Source: an uncultured Bacilli bacterium (lineage in GTDB: Bacteria; Bacillota_I; Bacilli_A; RF39; UBA660). Taken from it: DNA of 64,000 bases. The stretch's first letter is position 1, and every line of letters begins with the position of its first letter. Under the pieces are notes generated by a model. It had not been told where the DNA came from, did no database searches, and was given only the letters and a program-made list of their open reading frames with translations. Made by a program: the position numbers and the translations under genes. Shown one piece after another: positions 1-9,237 of the stretch. The stretch lies in NCBI GenBank assembly GCA_934168245.1, contig CAKPMY010000002.1:78237-142236 (forward strand), in the 5' to 3' direction.

Positions 1-537
1 CTTAGTCTCTTTTAGATTCTGTACAATTCTTCCTTCACTTTCTTTTAAATGTCCATGAACAACAGCCACATACTCTCTTAAACTAACATAATTATTCCAA
101 TTTTCTTGTAATTGATTCTTAATCTTTTCGTTTTTAGCAAGTACTACAATACCAGATGTCTCTTTATCTAATCTATGTACTATAAATACTCTAGCACTTT
201 TATCTTTACTTTTTAAATATTCTGAAACAATATGATACAAAGTCTTTTCTTTCTCTTTTGCTGTTGCTATTGTTAAAAGCCCAGCTGGTTTATTAACAAC
301 AATAATATTATCATCTTCAAATAAAACTTCAAAAGGTAATACTTTCTTATTCTTACTATCAGTATCTATTACTATATCCATCCCATTAATTACTGGATAA
401 TTATATTGTCTAACTTTAACATTATTAACAAAAATAGATCCATGAGTCAAATATTGTTTAATTTTCTTCTTAGGCATATCTAAATTATTATATAAATAAT
501 CTAAAAGTTCCCCATTCTTATTAACCTTTATTTTCAT
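1..537 (-). CDS. RluA-family 23S rRNA pseudouridine synthase (partial; C-terminus lies beyond window start)
   Basis: Minus-strand frame translates MKIKVNKNGELLDYLYNNLDMPKKKIKQYLTHGSIFVNNVKVRQYNYPV...VVNKPAGLLTIATAKEKEKTLYHIVSEY...FIVHRLDKETSGIVVLAKNE. This is an S4-like N-terminus plus the RluA catalytic HRLD motif. ATG is at 537-535 and the frame stays open to position 1. Confidence 0.7.
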   Translation of the reverse strand, partial: MKIKVNKNGELLDYLYNNLDMPKKKIKQYLTHGSIFVNNVKVRQYNYPVINGMDIVIDTDSKNKKVLPFEVLFEDDNIIVVNKPAGLLTIATAKEKEKTLYHIVSEYLKSKDKSARVFIVHRLDKETSGIVVLAKNEKIKNQLQENWNNYVSLREYVAVVHGHLKESEGRIVQNLKETK

Positions 538-597
538 ATTACCGCCTCTCCTATACCAACAATTATAATACAATTATCAGTCATATCAAAGAAAAAT

Positions 598-1317
598 CTA
601 CTTAAATTTCTCCTCTATCCATTTATCCAAACTATTAGTCATAACTTCCTTAGAAACTTCTTTTACTTCTTTTATTCCTTTACTTGTAGAAACACCATAT
701 CCACTATCTCTAACTAATTCTATATCGTTATCTGAATCTCCTACAGAAATAACATCTCTAGTATCTATCTTTTTCTTATTACAAATAACTTCTACTCCCG
801 TAAATTTATTTATTTCTTCATGTACTATATCTACATAATATGTACTATTAATATAATTCTTTGTATAAGTAATTTTTAAATTCAACTTATCTAATCTAGA
901 AATAACTTCTTCTCTATCTGTATCGCTCTTACATACTATTTCTAATTTATATATATCTTTTATATCTTCTAAATTAACAAGTCTAAACTTCCTATCTTTT
1001 CTACAAGCATATATATCATAATCTTTAAAGGTATTATAAATTCTCTTAACATTAGAAACCAAAACACTCTTCTTAAATAATATCTTCTCTTTATTAACAT
1101 CATATACAACCGCCCCATTAGAAGCAACTACATAATCTAAAAATGAAAAGTCTCTATTATAATAAAGTATATCTCCTAAACATCTACTAGTCGCAATCGT
1201 AAATAATACTTTTTTCTCTCTTCTTATTTTATCTATTGCTAAAACTACTGGAAAACTTATTGCCAATTCTTCTCCTACTAAAGTCCCATCAAAATCACTA
1301 ACTAATAATTTATACAT
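598..1317 (-). CDS. Cof-type HAD-IIB family hydrolase (sugar phosphatase-like)
   Basis: N-terminal DFDGTL motif (MYKLLVSDFDGTLV) and C-terminal GDSDNDIEL motif, which are HAD motifs I and IV. Length 239 aa. Confidence 0.75.
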   Translation of the reverse strand: MYKLLVSDFDGTLVGEELAISFPVVLAIDKIRREKKVLFTIATSRCLGDILYYNRDFSFLDYVVASNGAVVYDVNKEKILFKKSVLVSNVKRIYNTFKDYDIYACRKDRKFRLVNLEDIKDIYKLEIVCKSDTDREEVISRLDKLNLKITYTKNYINSTYYVDIVHEEINKFTGVEVICNKKKIDTRDVISVGDSDNDIELVRDSGYGVSTSKGIKEVKEVSKEVMTNSLDKWIEEKFK

Positions 1318-1320
1318 ATC

Positions 1321-1929
1321 CTATTTCCCCTTACGTTTAATTAAATCTTCACATTGTATTAATAAAATTATCTCTATCCCTGCTAAAGCATATCCTGCTA
1401 TTATATCTGATGCATAATGTACTCCAACATATATTCTACTGATTCCAATTCCAAGTATTAAAAATCCCAGTACAAAACAACTTACCCATCTTAAATATTT
1501 ATTCTTTATTCTAACCATTGCTAAGTAGAATAAAAATCCATATACACAAACTGATATCATCGCATGTCCTGATGGAAATGAATATCCACTCTCACTAACA
1601 AGTCTTAATATATTAGGTCTATCTCGCCTAACTATATGTTTAATTATTGTATTTACTATTACTGAATCCAACGCTGATATAGTTAATAATAAACTATCTT
1701 TATTTCTAAATATAACAATAAATATAACTACTACTCCAACTATTGTTACTGGATTACCAAACCAAGTAATTGTTTTAAAAAACTTATCTAAAAAACTACA
1801 TCTAATTCCTATTAAAGCCTCATAAATACTACTATCAAAAACAAGATTCTTATCAAATAAGACTACTCCTAACATACTAAGAAATATTAATAGAAGTATA
1901 CTTATAATAATTAAATATTTCTTCTTCAT
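1321..1929 (-). CDS. PAP2 family membrane phosphatase (phosphatidic acid / undecaprenyl-PP phosphatase-like)
   Basis: Multi-TM protein with the PAP2 signature KX6RP (RRDRP), PSGH (PSGHA) and SRX5HX3D (SRIYVGVHYASD). Confidence 0.7.
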   Translation of the reverse strand: MKKKYLIIISILLLIFLSMLGVVLFDKNLVFDSSIYEALIGIRCSFLDKFFKTITWFGNPVTIVGVVVIFIVIFRNKDSLLLTISALDSVIVNTIIKHIVRRDRPNILRLVSESGYSFPSGHAMISVCVYGFLFYLAMVRIKNKYLRWVSCFVLGFLILGIGISRIYVGVHYASDIIAGYALAGIEIILLIQCEDLIKRKGK

Positions 1930-1930
1930 C

Positions 1931-3109
1931 TTATTCTTCTCCTAACTTATTTCTAACTAGATTTTTATAAACATCTACTCCTGGTTGATTAAAAGGCTCT
2001 ACATCGAATAAATATCCTGAATATGCTGCACTCATCATAAAAAATGCACTTAATTTACCAATATTTTCTTCATTTATCTTATCTATAGTTATAACATTAC
2101 AAAAAGTATTATGCGAAGAATGGGCTAACACTACTGAATCTAAAACTAAATTATTTATATCATCAAGTCTCCTACTCTTATATTTAAAATCAGTAACATC
2201 TAAAATCTTAATAAACGTCTCAAATATAATCGGATTTCCCTCTTGTATAAATTGTCCTAATGAATGTAAATCCCTTGTACCTATCGTAGAAACTGGAAAT
2301 ATACCCTTTTTATCCTTGCCTTCAGTCTCTCCAAATAATTGTTTTAACCATTCTAAATAATAATTAAACTTCTCTTCATACACTGAATAATTTTCTATAT
2401 ATTTTCCCATTTCAAATAAACTTCTTCTACTACAAGCATAAGTATAAGCCATATCTTTTAAAGTATTAAGTCCTTCTCTATAACCCATAATTAACTTTTT
2501 TATATCTAAAGAAAATGCCATTGGTAATAAATGTCCTGCTGTTATTAATGAATATCTTCCTCCTATATCATTATCTATTATAAACGATCTATATCCATAC
2601 TCTCTAACTTCTTCTCTTAACTTACCAGTATCACTATTAGTAGTAATAATTATTCTCTTCTTCATCTCTTCTAAACTATATTTACTCTGCATTAATTCTT
2701 TAACTAATTGATAATTAATATCTACTTCCATCGTAGTACCAGTCTTACTAATAACATTAACATAAAAATTCTTGTCTTTTAAATATTCCAAAGTCTCACT
2801 TATATATCCACTAGATAAATTATTACCCAAATATATTACTCTAAACTTATCTTTATAATAACCATTAAACAATCTATTTAAGGCACAACTTCCTAAATAA
2901 GAGCCCCCTATTCCAATAACAACTAAACAGTCAGAATTATTTTTTATCTCATCTCTAAGTTCTAAAATAGTTGAAACTAGTTTTTTATCTACATCCCTAG
3001 TCCACCCAATCATCTTACTATTATTAAACTTCTCATCAATTTCTTCTTTTCTCTTTATATTTTTATTAAAGATCTCATTATCTATTTTTGCTAAGTCAAT
3101 TTTAACCAT
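1931..3109 (-). CDS. pgi: Glucose-6-phosphate isomerase (short form)
   Basis: CLVVIGIGGSYLGSCA matches the PGI phosphate-binding motif. It is a SIS-fold protein of 392 aa, slightly shorter than the typical 450 aa. Confidence 0.6.
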   Translation of the reverse strand: MVKIDLAKIDNEIFNKNIKRKEEIDEKFNNSKMIGWTRDVDKKLVSTILELRDEIKNNSDCLVVIGIGGSYLGSCALNRLFNGYYKDKFRVIYLGNNLSSGYISETLEYLKDKNFYVNVISKTGTTMEVDINYQLVKELMQSKYSLEEMKKRIIITTNSDTGKLREEVREYGYRSFIIDNDIGGRYSLITAGHLLPMAFSLDIKKLIMGYREGLNTLKDMAYTYACSRRSLFEMGKYIENYSVYEEKFNYYLEWLKQLFGETEGKDKKGIFPVSTIGTRDLHSLGQFIQEGNPIIFETFIKILDVTDFKYKSRRLDDINNLVLDSVVLAHSSHNTFCNVITIDKINEENIGKLSAFFMMSAAYSGYLFDVEPFNQPGVDVYKNLVRNKLGEE

Positions 3110-3162
3110 TAAATCACCTTCAAAACTATTATATCAAAAAAAATAGCCGACCGGCTATTAAT

Positions 3163-3651
3163 TTAACGTTTTACTGCGACCTTCATTGGTTTTTTCTTTG
3201 CTTCTAAATCACGATCATATATACTATGTAATGCTTTAAAACACTCATCGGCTAATTCTACTCTATCAGCATATACAACTAATACTGATCTAGTAACTTT
3301 ATTTGATGCATATGTTCTAAAATCTCCAGCACCATATCTAAATCCACCAACATCTACTTTTTTTGGTCTACCATCTCTATCTTGTTCACAAACTGTTCCT
3401 AAGTAACAATCAAATGCTACTATAGAATTTCCTGCTCTTTTTATAATTTGTGCTCCAACGATACTATTATCTTTAAGAATTGCTTCTCCAATACTTATTG
3501 ATGGACATATTCCTGGCTCTTTTTCATATATTGAACGATCCTCTATTCTTCCTCCACCATCTTCATATATTGGTGTAACAATGCAATGTTCATTGCTTGT
3601 TCCTACAATAGTATAATATCTACTATCTAAACTATTATTATAAAAACTCAT
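3163..3651 (-). CDS. Conserved hypothetical protein (162 aa, Gly-rich; function not recognised)
   Basis: Intact ORF with a good coding look (IVGTSNEHCIVTPIYEDGGGRIEDRS...). No signal peptide or TM segment. I could not assign a family with confidence. Confidence 0.4.
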   Translation of the reverse strand: MSFYNNSLDSRYYTIVGTSNEHCIVTPIYEDGGGRIEDRSIYEKEPGICPSISIGEAILKDNSIVGAQIIKRAGNSIVAFDCYLGTVCEQDRDGRPKKVDVGGFRYGAGDFRTYASNKVTRSVLVVYADRVELADECFKALHSIYDRDLEAKKKPMKVAVKR

Positions 3652-3758
3652 CTAAATACCCCCTAAACGTTTCACTATTATATCACACTTCATTCGAAAA
3701 AGCAAAAAAAGTTGCTACAGCCGCAACTTTTCCCATAATTTTATAATAAAACTTAAAT

Positions 3759-4475
3759 TTATGCTTCAAAAATTCTCTTATCTTTATCAACATAATCTAC
3801 AACTGCATCTATTCCTAAGGATTTAAGTATTTCTACTAATTCTTTTTGTAATGCAATCACTTCTTCTTTATTAACATCACTAAATCCATCTATTGGTACA
3901 AATATATGACTAGTCTCTTCAGTAACTTTACTTTTCTCTCCTTGTCTCCATGTCCATCTTCTAGTTTTAACTTCATCACCTGAAACATATACTATTTCGC
4001 CAACTTCTGGATGTTCAACTTCTTCACTTCCAAAAGGAACAAATGTATCAGATTCTACTGCACCTCTTATTTCTAAATTCCCCTTAAAGTTATCAACATC
4101 ATGTACACCTACAGGTAAAATATATTTAATTGATAAAGCATTACATATATCTACAATAGGATTAATATGAGGTATTTCTCCTCCTTTAGAAATTCTAGTC
4201 ATTAATGCTTCTATTGAACACATAAACTTATTCGGATTAATTCCCAAATTTTTAAATGCTTCACGATAAGGAATGATTAATTGATTTTCTTTTACTCGCC
4301 CTTCACCAAGTCTTTCTCTAGCACTTTTAATAGATTCTTCTAACATTTTATCTGTAAAATCTAATTTAGTTTTATTATCAAAATTATTAAAATAAACTAT
4401 CCCAAAATATGCATTTGGAACCTTCTCAAAAAATTCTTCTGAAACTATAAATTTCATTTTAATCATCTCCCACAC
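3759..4475 (-). CDS. B3/B4 tRNA-binding domain protein (PheT-related)
   Basis: 238 aa. The central segment LIIPYREAFKNLGINPNKFMCSIEALMTRISKGGEIPHINPIVDICNALSIKYILPVGVHD resembles the B3/4 domain of the Phe-tRNA synthetase beta subunit. Confidence 0.5.
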   Translation of the reverse strand: MWEMIKMKFIVSEEFFEKVPNAYFGIVYFNNFDNKTKLDFTDKMLEESIKSARERLGEGRVKENQLIIPYREAFKNLGINPNKFMCSIEALMTRISKGGEIPHINPIVDICNALSIKYILPVGVHDVDNFKGNLEIRGAVESDTFVPFGSEEVEHPEVGEIVYVSGDEVKTRRWTWRQGEKSKVTEETSHIFVPIDGFSDVNKEEVIALQKELVEILKSLGIDAVVDYVDKDKRIFEA

Positions 4476-4506
4476 TAATTATAATGCAAAATAAAAAGAA
4501 AATCTA

Positions 4507-5994
4507 CTAATTAAGATTCTCTTTATTTTTCTCTTTCATAACTATCGTACTACCAATCGCAATTACAAGTATTATTCCAAGTACAATATAAGCCGCTGAC
4601 ACTGTATCTGGATTAACTATTCTATTATATATTGCACTAACAGTAACTTTACCCTCTGGCATTATAAAAGTTCCATCACTATTTACTTCAATCTCATTAC
4701 CATTCTCATCTTTAACAATAATTCTTTTTAAACTATACCCTTCTTTAACTGTTACGTTTACTTTTACTACTTCTCCTGGATAAGCATCAAATTTAACACT
4801 AATCGTTCCTTCTTCAGTAGCCTCTTTTATTACCGGATAATTTAGATACATGTATTTAGCAAGCATTAAAGGCTCGCAAGATATTTGTGTCTCAATCTCT
4901 TTCCTTGGGGCAGCCCAATTATCAACAGTAGAAAATAATAAATAGCCATTTCGTTTTCCATCACTATCATAATTATTTGTAATTTTAAAAGCAATTCTTC
5001 CAGTAACTGGATAATTAACTTCATATACTTTTTTACCATTAAAGTCATACTTAAAAACAGCAGTCTTATCATTAATAATAGCTGTAATTATATAGCCATC
5101 ATACCCATTTGGTGTATAATCACTTATCACATCATAATATACAGAATTAATACTAGCATCTTCATATTGAGCACTAAATACTACATTACCATCTAAGTCT
5201 AGTTTTACGATAGACCCTAATGAAGCACCGTGATTATTTTTTTCACCAACCACTACAATTCCATCTATTTTACCATTTTTATCATAACTGAACTTAAAGT
5301 TCAAAATACTAAAGTCAATATTCTTCGTCCAAATAACATTACTAGCAGAACCATCAAATTTAATAACATTAGCACCACCACTATTAAAGACAGCAGAAAC
5401 TTGATTATTTTCTATATATTTCAATCCATCTGTTTTTATATAATCTTTTACATCTTTTTCCCAAACTACATTTCCCTTTAAATCAAACTTTGTCATAACC
5501 CAAGGAGAATTAATACTTAAATCGGAAGATGTAGTTAAAAATACTATCAAGTATCCATCATGTGTTCCAGTATTATCATAACTATTATATTTTAAATGAT
5601 AAGTATCAGATCCATTTCCACCATATTGTTTCTTAAAAATTGCTGTTCCAGAAGCATCATAAACAGTAACTAAAAGATCTGAAGTACCATTGACAGTATA
5701 TCCTTGGTTATTCGTAGCGGTTAATTGTTCAACAGTAATATTAGAATAATTATCTTTAATATTATAAACAATCTTATTATCAAGACTATGTTTTAATATA
5801 CCACCAGAATATGGAAATAAAAATCCATCGATTATTCCTTTATTATTATAACTAGGAAAAACACGCACATCATTAAAACATCCTTCTACTTTCTCATTAT
5901 ACGTAAGAGTTAAATTCAAAGCCTCAACTCCACTAGGAAAAAATAAAAATCCCATTAGGAATAACAAAATAAAAATGCTTTTTCTTATCTTCAT
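4507..5994 (-). CDS. Surface repeat protein, paralog A (signal peptide, beta-propeller-like NYDxxGxxDGY repeats, Ig-like domain, C-terminal TM anchor)
   Basis: N-terminal signal peptide MKIRKSIFILLFLMGFLFFPSGVEA. Repeated DGY/DxxGN motifs. The C-terminus VKFDAYPGEVVKVNVTVKEGYSLKRIIVKDENGNEIEV...SAAYIVLGIILVIAIGSTIVMKEKNKE is near-identical to the C-termini of the two paralogs upstream. Confidence 0.6.
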   Translation of the reverse strand: MKIRKSIFILLFLMGFLFFPSGVEALNLTLTYNEKVEGCFNDVRVFPSYNNKGIIDGFLFPYSGGILKHSLDNKIVYNIKDNYSNITVEQLTATNNQGYTVNGTSDLLVTVYDASGTAIFKKQYGGNGSDTYHLKYNSYDNTGTHDGYLIVFLTTSSDLSINSPWVMTKFDLKGNVVWEKDVKDYIKTDGLKYIENNQVSAVFNSGGANVIKFDGSASNVIWTKNIDFSILNFKFSYDKNGKIDGIVVVGEKNNHGASLGSIVKLDLDGNVVFSAQYEDASINSVYYDVISDYTPNGYDGYIITAIINDKTAVFKYDFNGKKVYEVNYPVTGRIAFKITNNYDSDGKRNGYLLFSTVDNWAAPRKEIETQISCEPLMLAKYMYLNYPVIKEATEEGTISVKFDAYPGEVVKVNVTVKEGYSLKRIIVKDENGNEIEVNSDGTFIMPEGKVTVSAIYNRIVNPDTVSAAYIVLGIILVIAIGSTIVMKEKNKENLN

Positions 5995-6077
5995 AACTAC
6001 ACCTCTCCTATCTTATAAAAAGATTATACCAAAATAATAGAAACTATCAAACCCTAAGTCTGATAATTTCTATTTAT

Positions 6078-7550
6078 TTATACTTTTTCTTTATTTTTCT
6101 CTCTCATAACTATCGTACTACCTATCGCAATTACAAGTATTATTCCAAGTACAATATAACAAGCAGAAACTGTATCTGGATTAACTATTCTATTATATAT
6201 TGCACTAACAGTAACTTTTCCCTCTGGCATTATAAATGTCCCATCACTATTTACTTCTATCTCATTACCATCCTCATCTTTAACGATAATTCTTTTTAAA
6301 CTATATCCTTCTTTAACTGTTACATTTATTTTAACTACCTCTCCTGGATAAGCATCAGATTTAACAGTAATAGTACCACCAACAACTTCTTTCTTAGCTA
6401 CCGGAAACATATCATATGTGTATTTTAAAACTCTATAATAGCAATGATCTTTTCTAGAGTATATTTCAGTATTACTATCATCTTTTCTACTCTCAATACC
6501 TCGTTCATATAACAAATAGCCATTTTTTCTTCCACTACTATCATAATTATTAAAAATTGAAAAATTAATATTACTACTATCAGAAATAGTTTTTTCATAA
6601 ACTTTAATTCCTTCATAATTATACTTTAAAAGAAGCGTTTTATTATCAGATGTTACAGCAATAACTACATAGCCATCATATGTACCATCAGGAAGATAAC
6701 TAGCCTTTCCATCAGTAAAATAAGAATAAACATCACTTTTGTCATAAACAGTTGAAAAAATAATATTACCATCTAAATCATACTTTATTATTATACCAGT
6801 ATCATTATTTGCTCCAACAAGTATAACTCCATCAAAATTACCATTTTTATCATAACTATAGTCAAAAGAATAAAGGTCAATATTTGTATTTTTTTCCCAA
6901 CTTTGACTAATAATTCCCTTTTTTTCAAGAGATGAATTTTTAATATAAAAAATAGAATCAACTTTATTATCAACTACATAATATAAATCTCCACTATAAT
7001 AATCATTGATGTTTTTTTTCCAAACCACACCACCATTCAAATCAAACTTTACCATAACATAACCAGGAATAACATCCAAGTCAGAAGAATCAGTTCTAAA
7101 TACTACAATATTGCCATCATTAATTCCAAAATCATTATACGACTTAAAAGAAGAAATATATTCATCTTCACCATTACCACCATACTGCTTAATAAAAAGT
7201 TTGTTACCGTCTTTATCATAACCAGTTATCAACAAATCAGAAGAACCAGCAATATTATATTCACTATCAACATTTGAATATATATCTTTAACCCAAATTC
7301 TACCCAAATTAGAATCATAGTATTTTTTATAAATAAGTTTATTGTCTAAACCATACTTTATGTTCGTATCACCATCAAGAAATAAAAAGCCATCTATAGA
7401 ACCAGTATTATCATAACTAGGTAGCATCGTAAAACCACATCCATTAGATGCACTATAAGAAAGAGTTAACTCTAGTGCATTCGTCTTACATGGAAACAAA
7501 ATAGTAATGACTAAAATAATTAAGATAAAAATACATCTTTTTAACTTCAT
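6078..7550 (-). CDS. Surface repeat protein, paralog B
   Basis: Same architecture as 4507..5994. The 3' ~300 nt are about 90% identical at DNA level. It has its own TTGATA-16-TATAAT promoter and a GGAGAGG RBS. Confidence 0.6.
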   Translation of the reverse strand: MKLKRCIFILIILVITILFPCKTNALELTLSYSASNGCGFTMLPSYDNTGSIDGFLFLDGDTNIKYGLDNKLIYKKYYDSNLGRIWVKDIYSNVDSEYNIAGSSDLLITGYDKDGNKLFIKQYGGNGEDEYISSFKSYNDFGINDGNIVVFRTDSSDLDVIPGYVMVKFDLNGGVVWKKNINDYYSGDLYYVVDNKVDSIFYIKNSSLEKKGIISQSWEKNTNIDLYSFDYSYDKNGNFDGVILVGANNDTGIIIKYDLDGNIIFSTVYDKSDVYSYFTDGKASYLPDGTYDGYVVIAVTSDNKTLLLKYNYEGIKVYEKTISDSSNINFSIFNNYDSSGRKNGYLLYERGIESRKDDSNTEIYSRKDHCYYRVLKYTYDMFPVAKKEVVGGTITVKSDAYPGEVVKINVTVKEGYSLKRIIVKDEDGNEIEVNSDGTFIMPEGKVTVSAIYNRIVNPDTVSACYIVLGIILVIAIGSTIVMREKNKEKV

Positions 7551-7637
7551 AACTACACCTCTCCTATCTTATAAAAATATTATATCAAAATAAAAAGAAT
7601 TATCAAATACCAACATTCAATAATTCTTCTTAATAAT

Positions 7638-9146
7638 CTACATATCTTTATTATCTTTTTGTTTAACAACAATCAAACTACCAACTGCAATCAATAGTAC
7701 TACTCCAAGCACCATATAAGCAGCAGATACTGTATCCGGATTAGTTATTCTTTTATATATCGCACTAACAGTAACTTTTCCTTCTGGCATTACAAAAGTT
7801 CCATCACTATTAACTTCTATTTCTTTACCAGTCTCATCTTTAACGATAATTCTCTTTAAACTATATCCTTCTTTAACTGTTACATTTACTTTAACTACTT
7901 CTCCTGGATAAGCATCAGACTTAACACTAATAATTCCTTCTTCACTATTCTCTTTTACTACGGGATAGTTATCATACGTATACTTTGCAACCATTAAATC
8001 TTCACAAATAGTAATATCATATGTATCTACTGACTCTTGAATCCTACTTGGAATAAAGTCCTGATTTGAATTAAAAAACATTAAATATCCATTTTGTTTT
8101 TTATTGACATCATAGTTGTTAAAAACTTTACCACCAAAAGTACCTTGAGAATAAACAATCTCCCAATTCTTCTTGCCAGTATAATCATATTTTAGAATTA
8201 CAGTTTTTCTTCCTTCAGCATCAGCAGTAACTCCCGTAACTATATATCCATCAAAACTTCCATCTGGCAAATAACTACTTATAACATCATAGTATATAGC
8301 CCAAGTATCAGTTTTATCATAACCACTTCTAAAAATTTCATTACCTTCAAAATCATATTTAATTATTTCTGCAGTGTCGCCATCAGACTTAACAAATCCA
8401 GCAACCACAAATCCGTCTATCTTACCATTCTTATCATAACTATAATTAATATTATTAATAGAAATTCCTGTATTTATATTTAAAACTGTTTCATTCGTAT
8501 TTACGTTAGTAATATATAGTACAGAATCATCAGGATTAGTAACAGAAAAAGCCGTTTTATTTTTTGTAAAAAGAAGAACATTTCTAGTAAACTCATTTAT
8601 ATTTTTTTCCCAACGAACATTACCATTTAAGTCAATCTTTAACATGAAGAAACTTAATGCATCTGTAAATTCTGAAGAATTAGTCAAGAAAAACACTAAA
8701 TATCCATCATGTACACCTTTATTGTTATATGACTTCATACCCATTATGCCATAATCAATACCATCACCGCCATATTGAGTTTTAAAAAGTCCACTGTCAT
8801 CATCATTATAAGCAGTAATTAAAAGATCGGCCTCACCTTCAACCATATATCCATCACTATTAGAAGCCCTAATCGTTGAAACATCAACAGTATATACATC
8901 TTTTTCTTTTCCATCATATACTATCTTATTATTAAGATCCTGTTTAGTAATACCATTACTATCTATATATAATAATCCATCAATTTCCCCATTATTATCA
9001 TAGCTTGGTAATACAGCCAAATCGTCAAAACACTTTTGTAACTTCTCATTATATGTAAGTTTTAAATCTAGTGCCTGAACTCTACTAGGAAAAACCAAAA
9101 CACCTACTAAAGCCAGCACAATAAAAATACTTTTTCTTATCTTCAT
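7638..9146 (-). CDS. Surface repeat protein, paralog C (start moved to the internal Met)
   Basis: The ORF as listed starts at 9275 and would overlap the upstream gene's stop. The Met at 9146 (MKIRKSIFIVLALVG...) matches the N-termini of the paralogs and is preceded by a GGAGAAG RBS. The C-terminus is shared with the paralogs. Confidence 0.6.
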   Translation of the reverse strand: MKIRKSIFIVLALVGVLVFPSRVQALDLKLTYNEKLQKCFDDLAVLPSYDNNGEIDGLLYIDSNGITKQDLNNKIVYDGKEKDVYTVDVSTIRASNSDGYMVEGEADLLITAYNDDDSGLFKTQYGGDGIDYGIMGMKSYNNKGVHDGYLVFFLTNSSEFTDALSFFMLKIDLNGNVRWEKNINEFTRNVLLFTKNKTAFSVTNPDDSVLYITNVNTNETVLNINTGISINNINYSYDKNGKIDGFVVAGFVKSDGDTAEIIKYDFEGNEIFRSGYDKTDTWAIYYDVISSYLPDGSFDGYIVTGVTADAEGRKTVILKYDYTGKKNWEIVYSQGTFGGKVFNNYDVNKKQNGYLMFFNSNQDFIPSRIQESVDTYDITICEDLMVAKYTYDNYPVVKENSEEGIISVKSDAYPGEVVKVNVTVKEGYSLKRIIVKDETGKEIEVNSDGTFVMPEGKVTVSAIYKRITNPDTVSAAYMVLGVVLLIAVGSLIVVKQKDNKDM

Positions 9147-9237
9147 AACCACACTTCTCCTATCTTCTACCATAATTATACCAAAACAAAAAAAATTATC
9201 AAACCCTAAGTCTGATAATTTTCTTTTTCTTATAAAT

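Noticed and set aside
4866-7000. Short ORFs nested in the surface-repeat paralog genes (4866..5072, 5230..5481, 6425..6616, 6791..6973)
   Set aside because: They are in alternative or antisense frames within longer, better-supported CDS.
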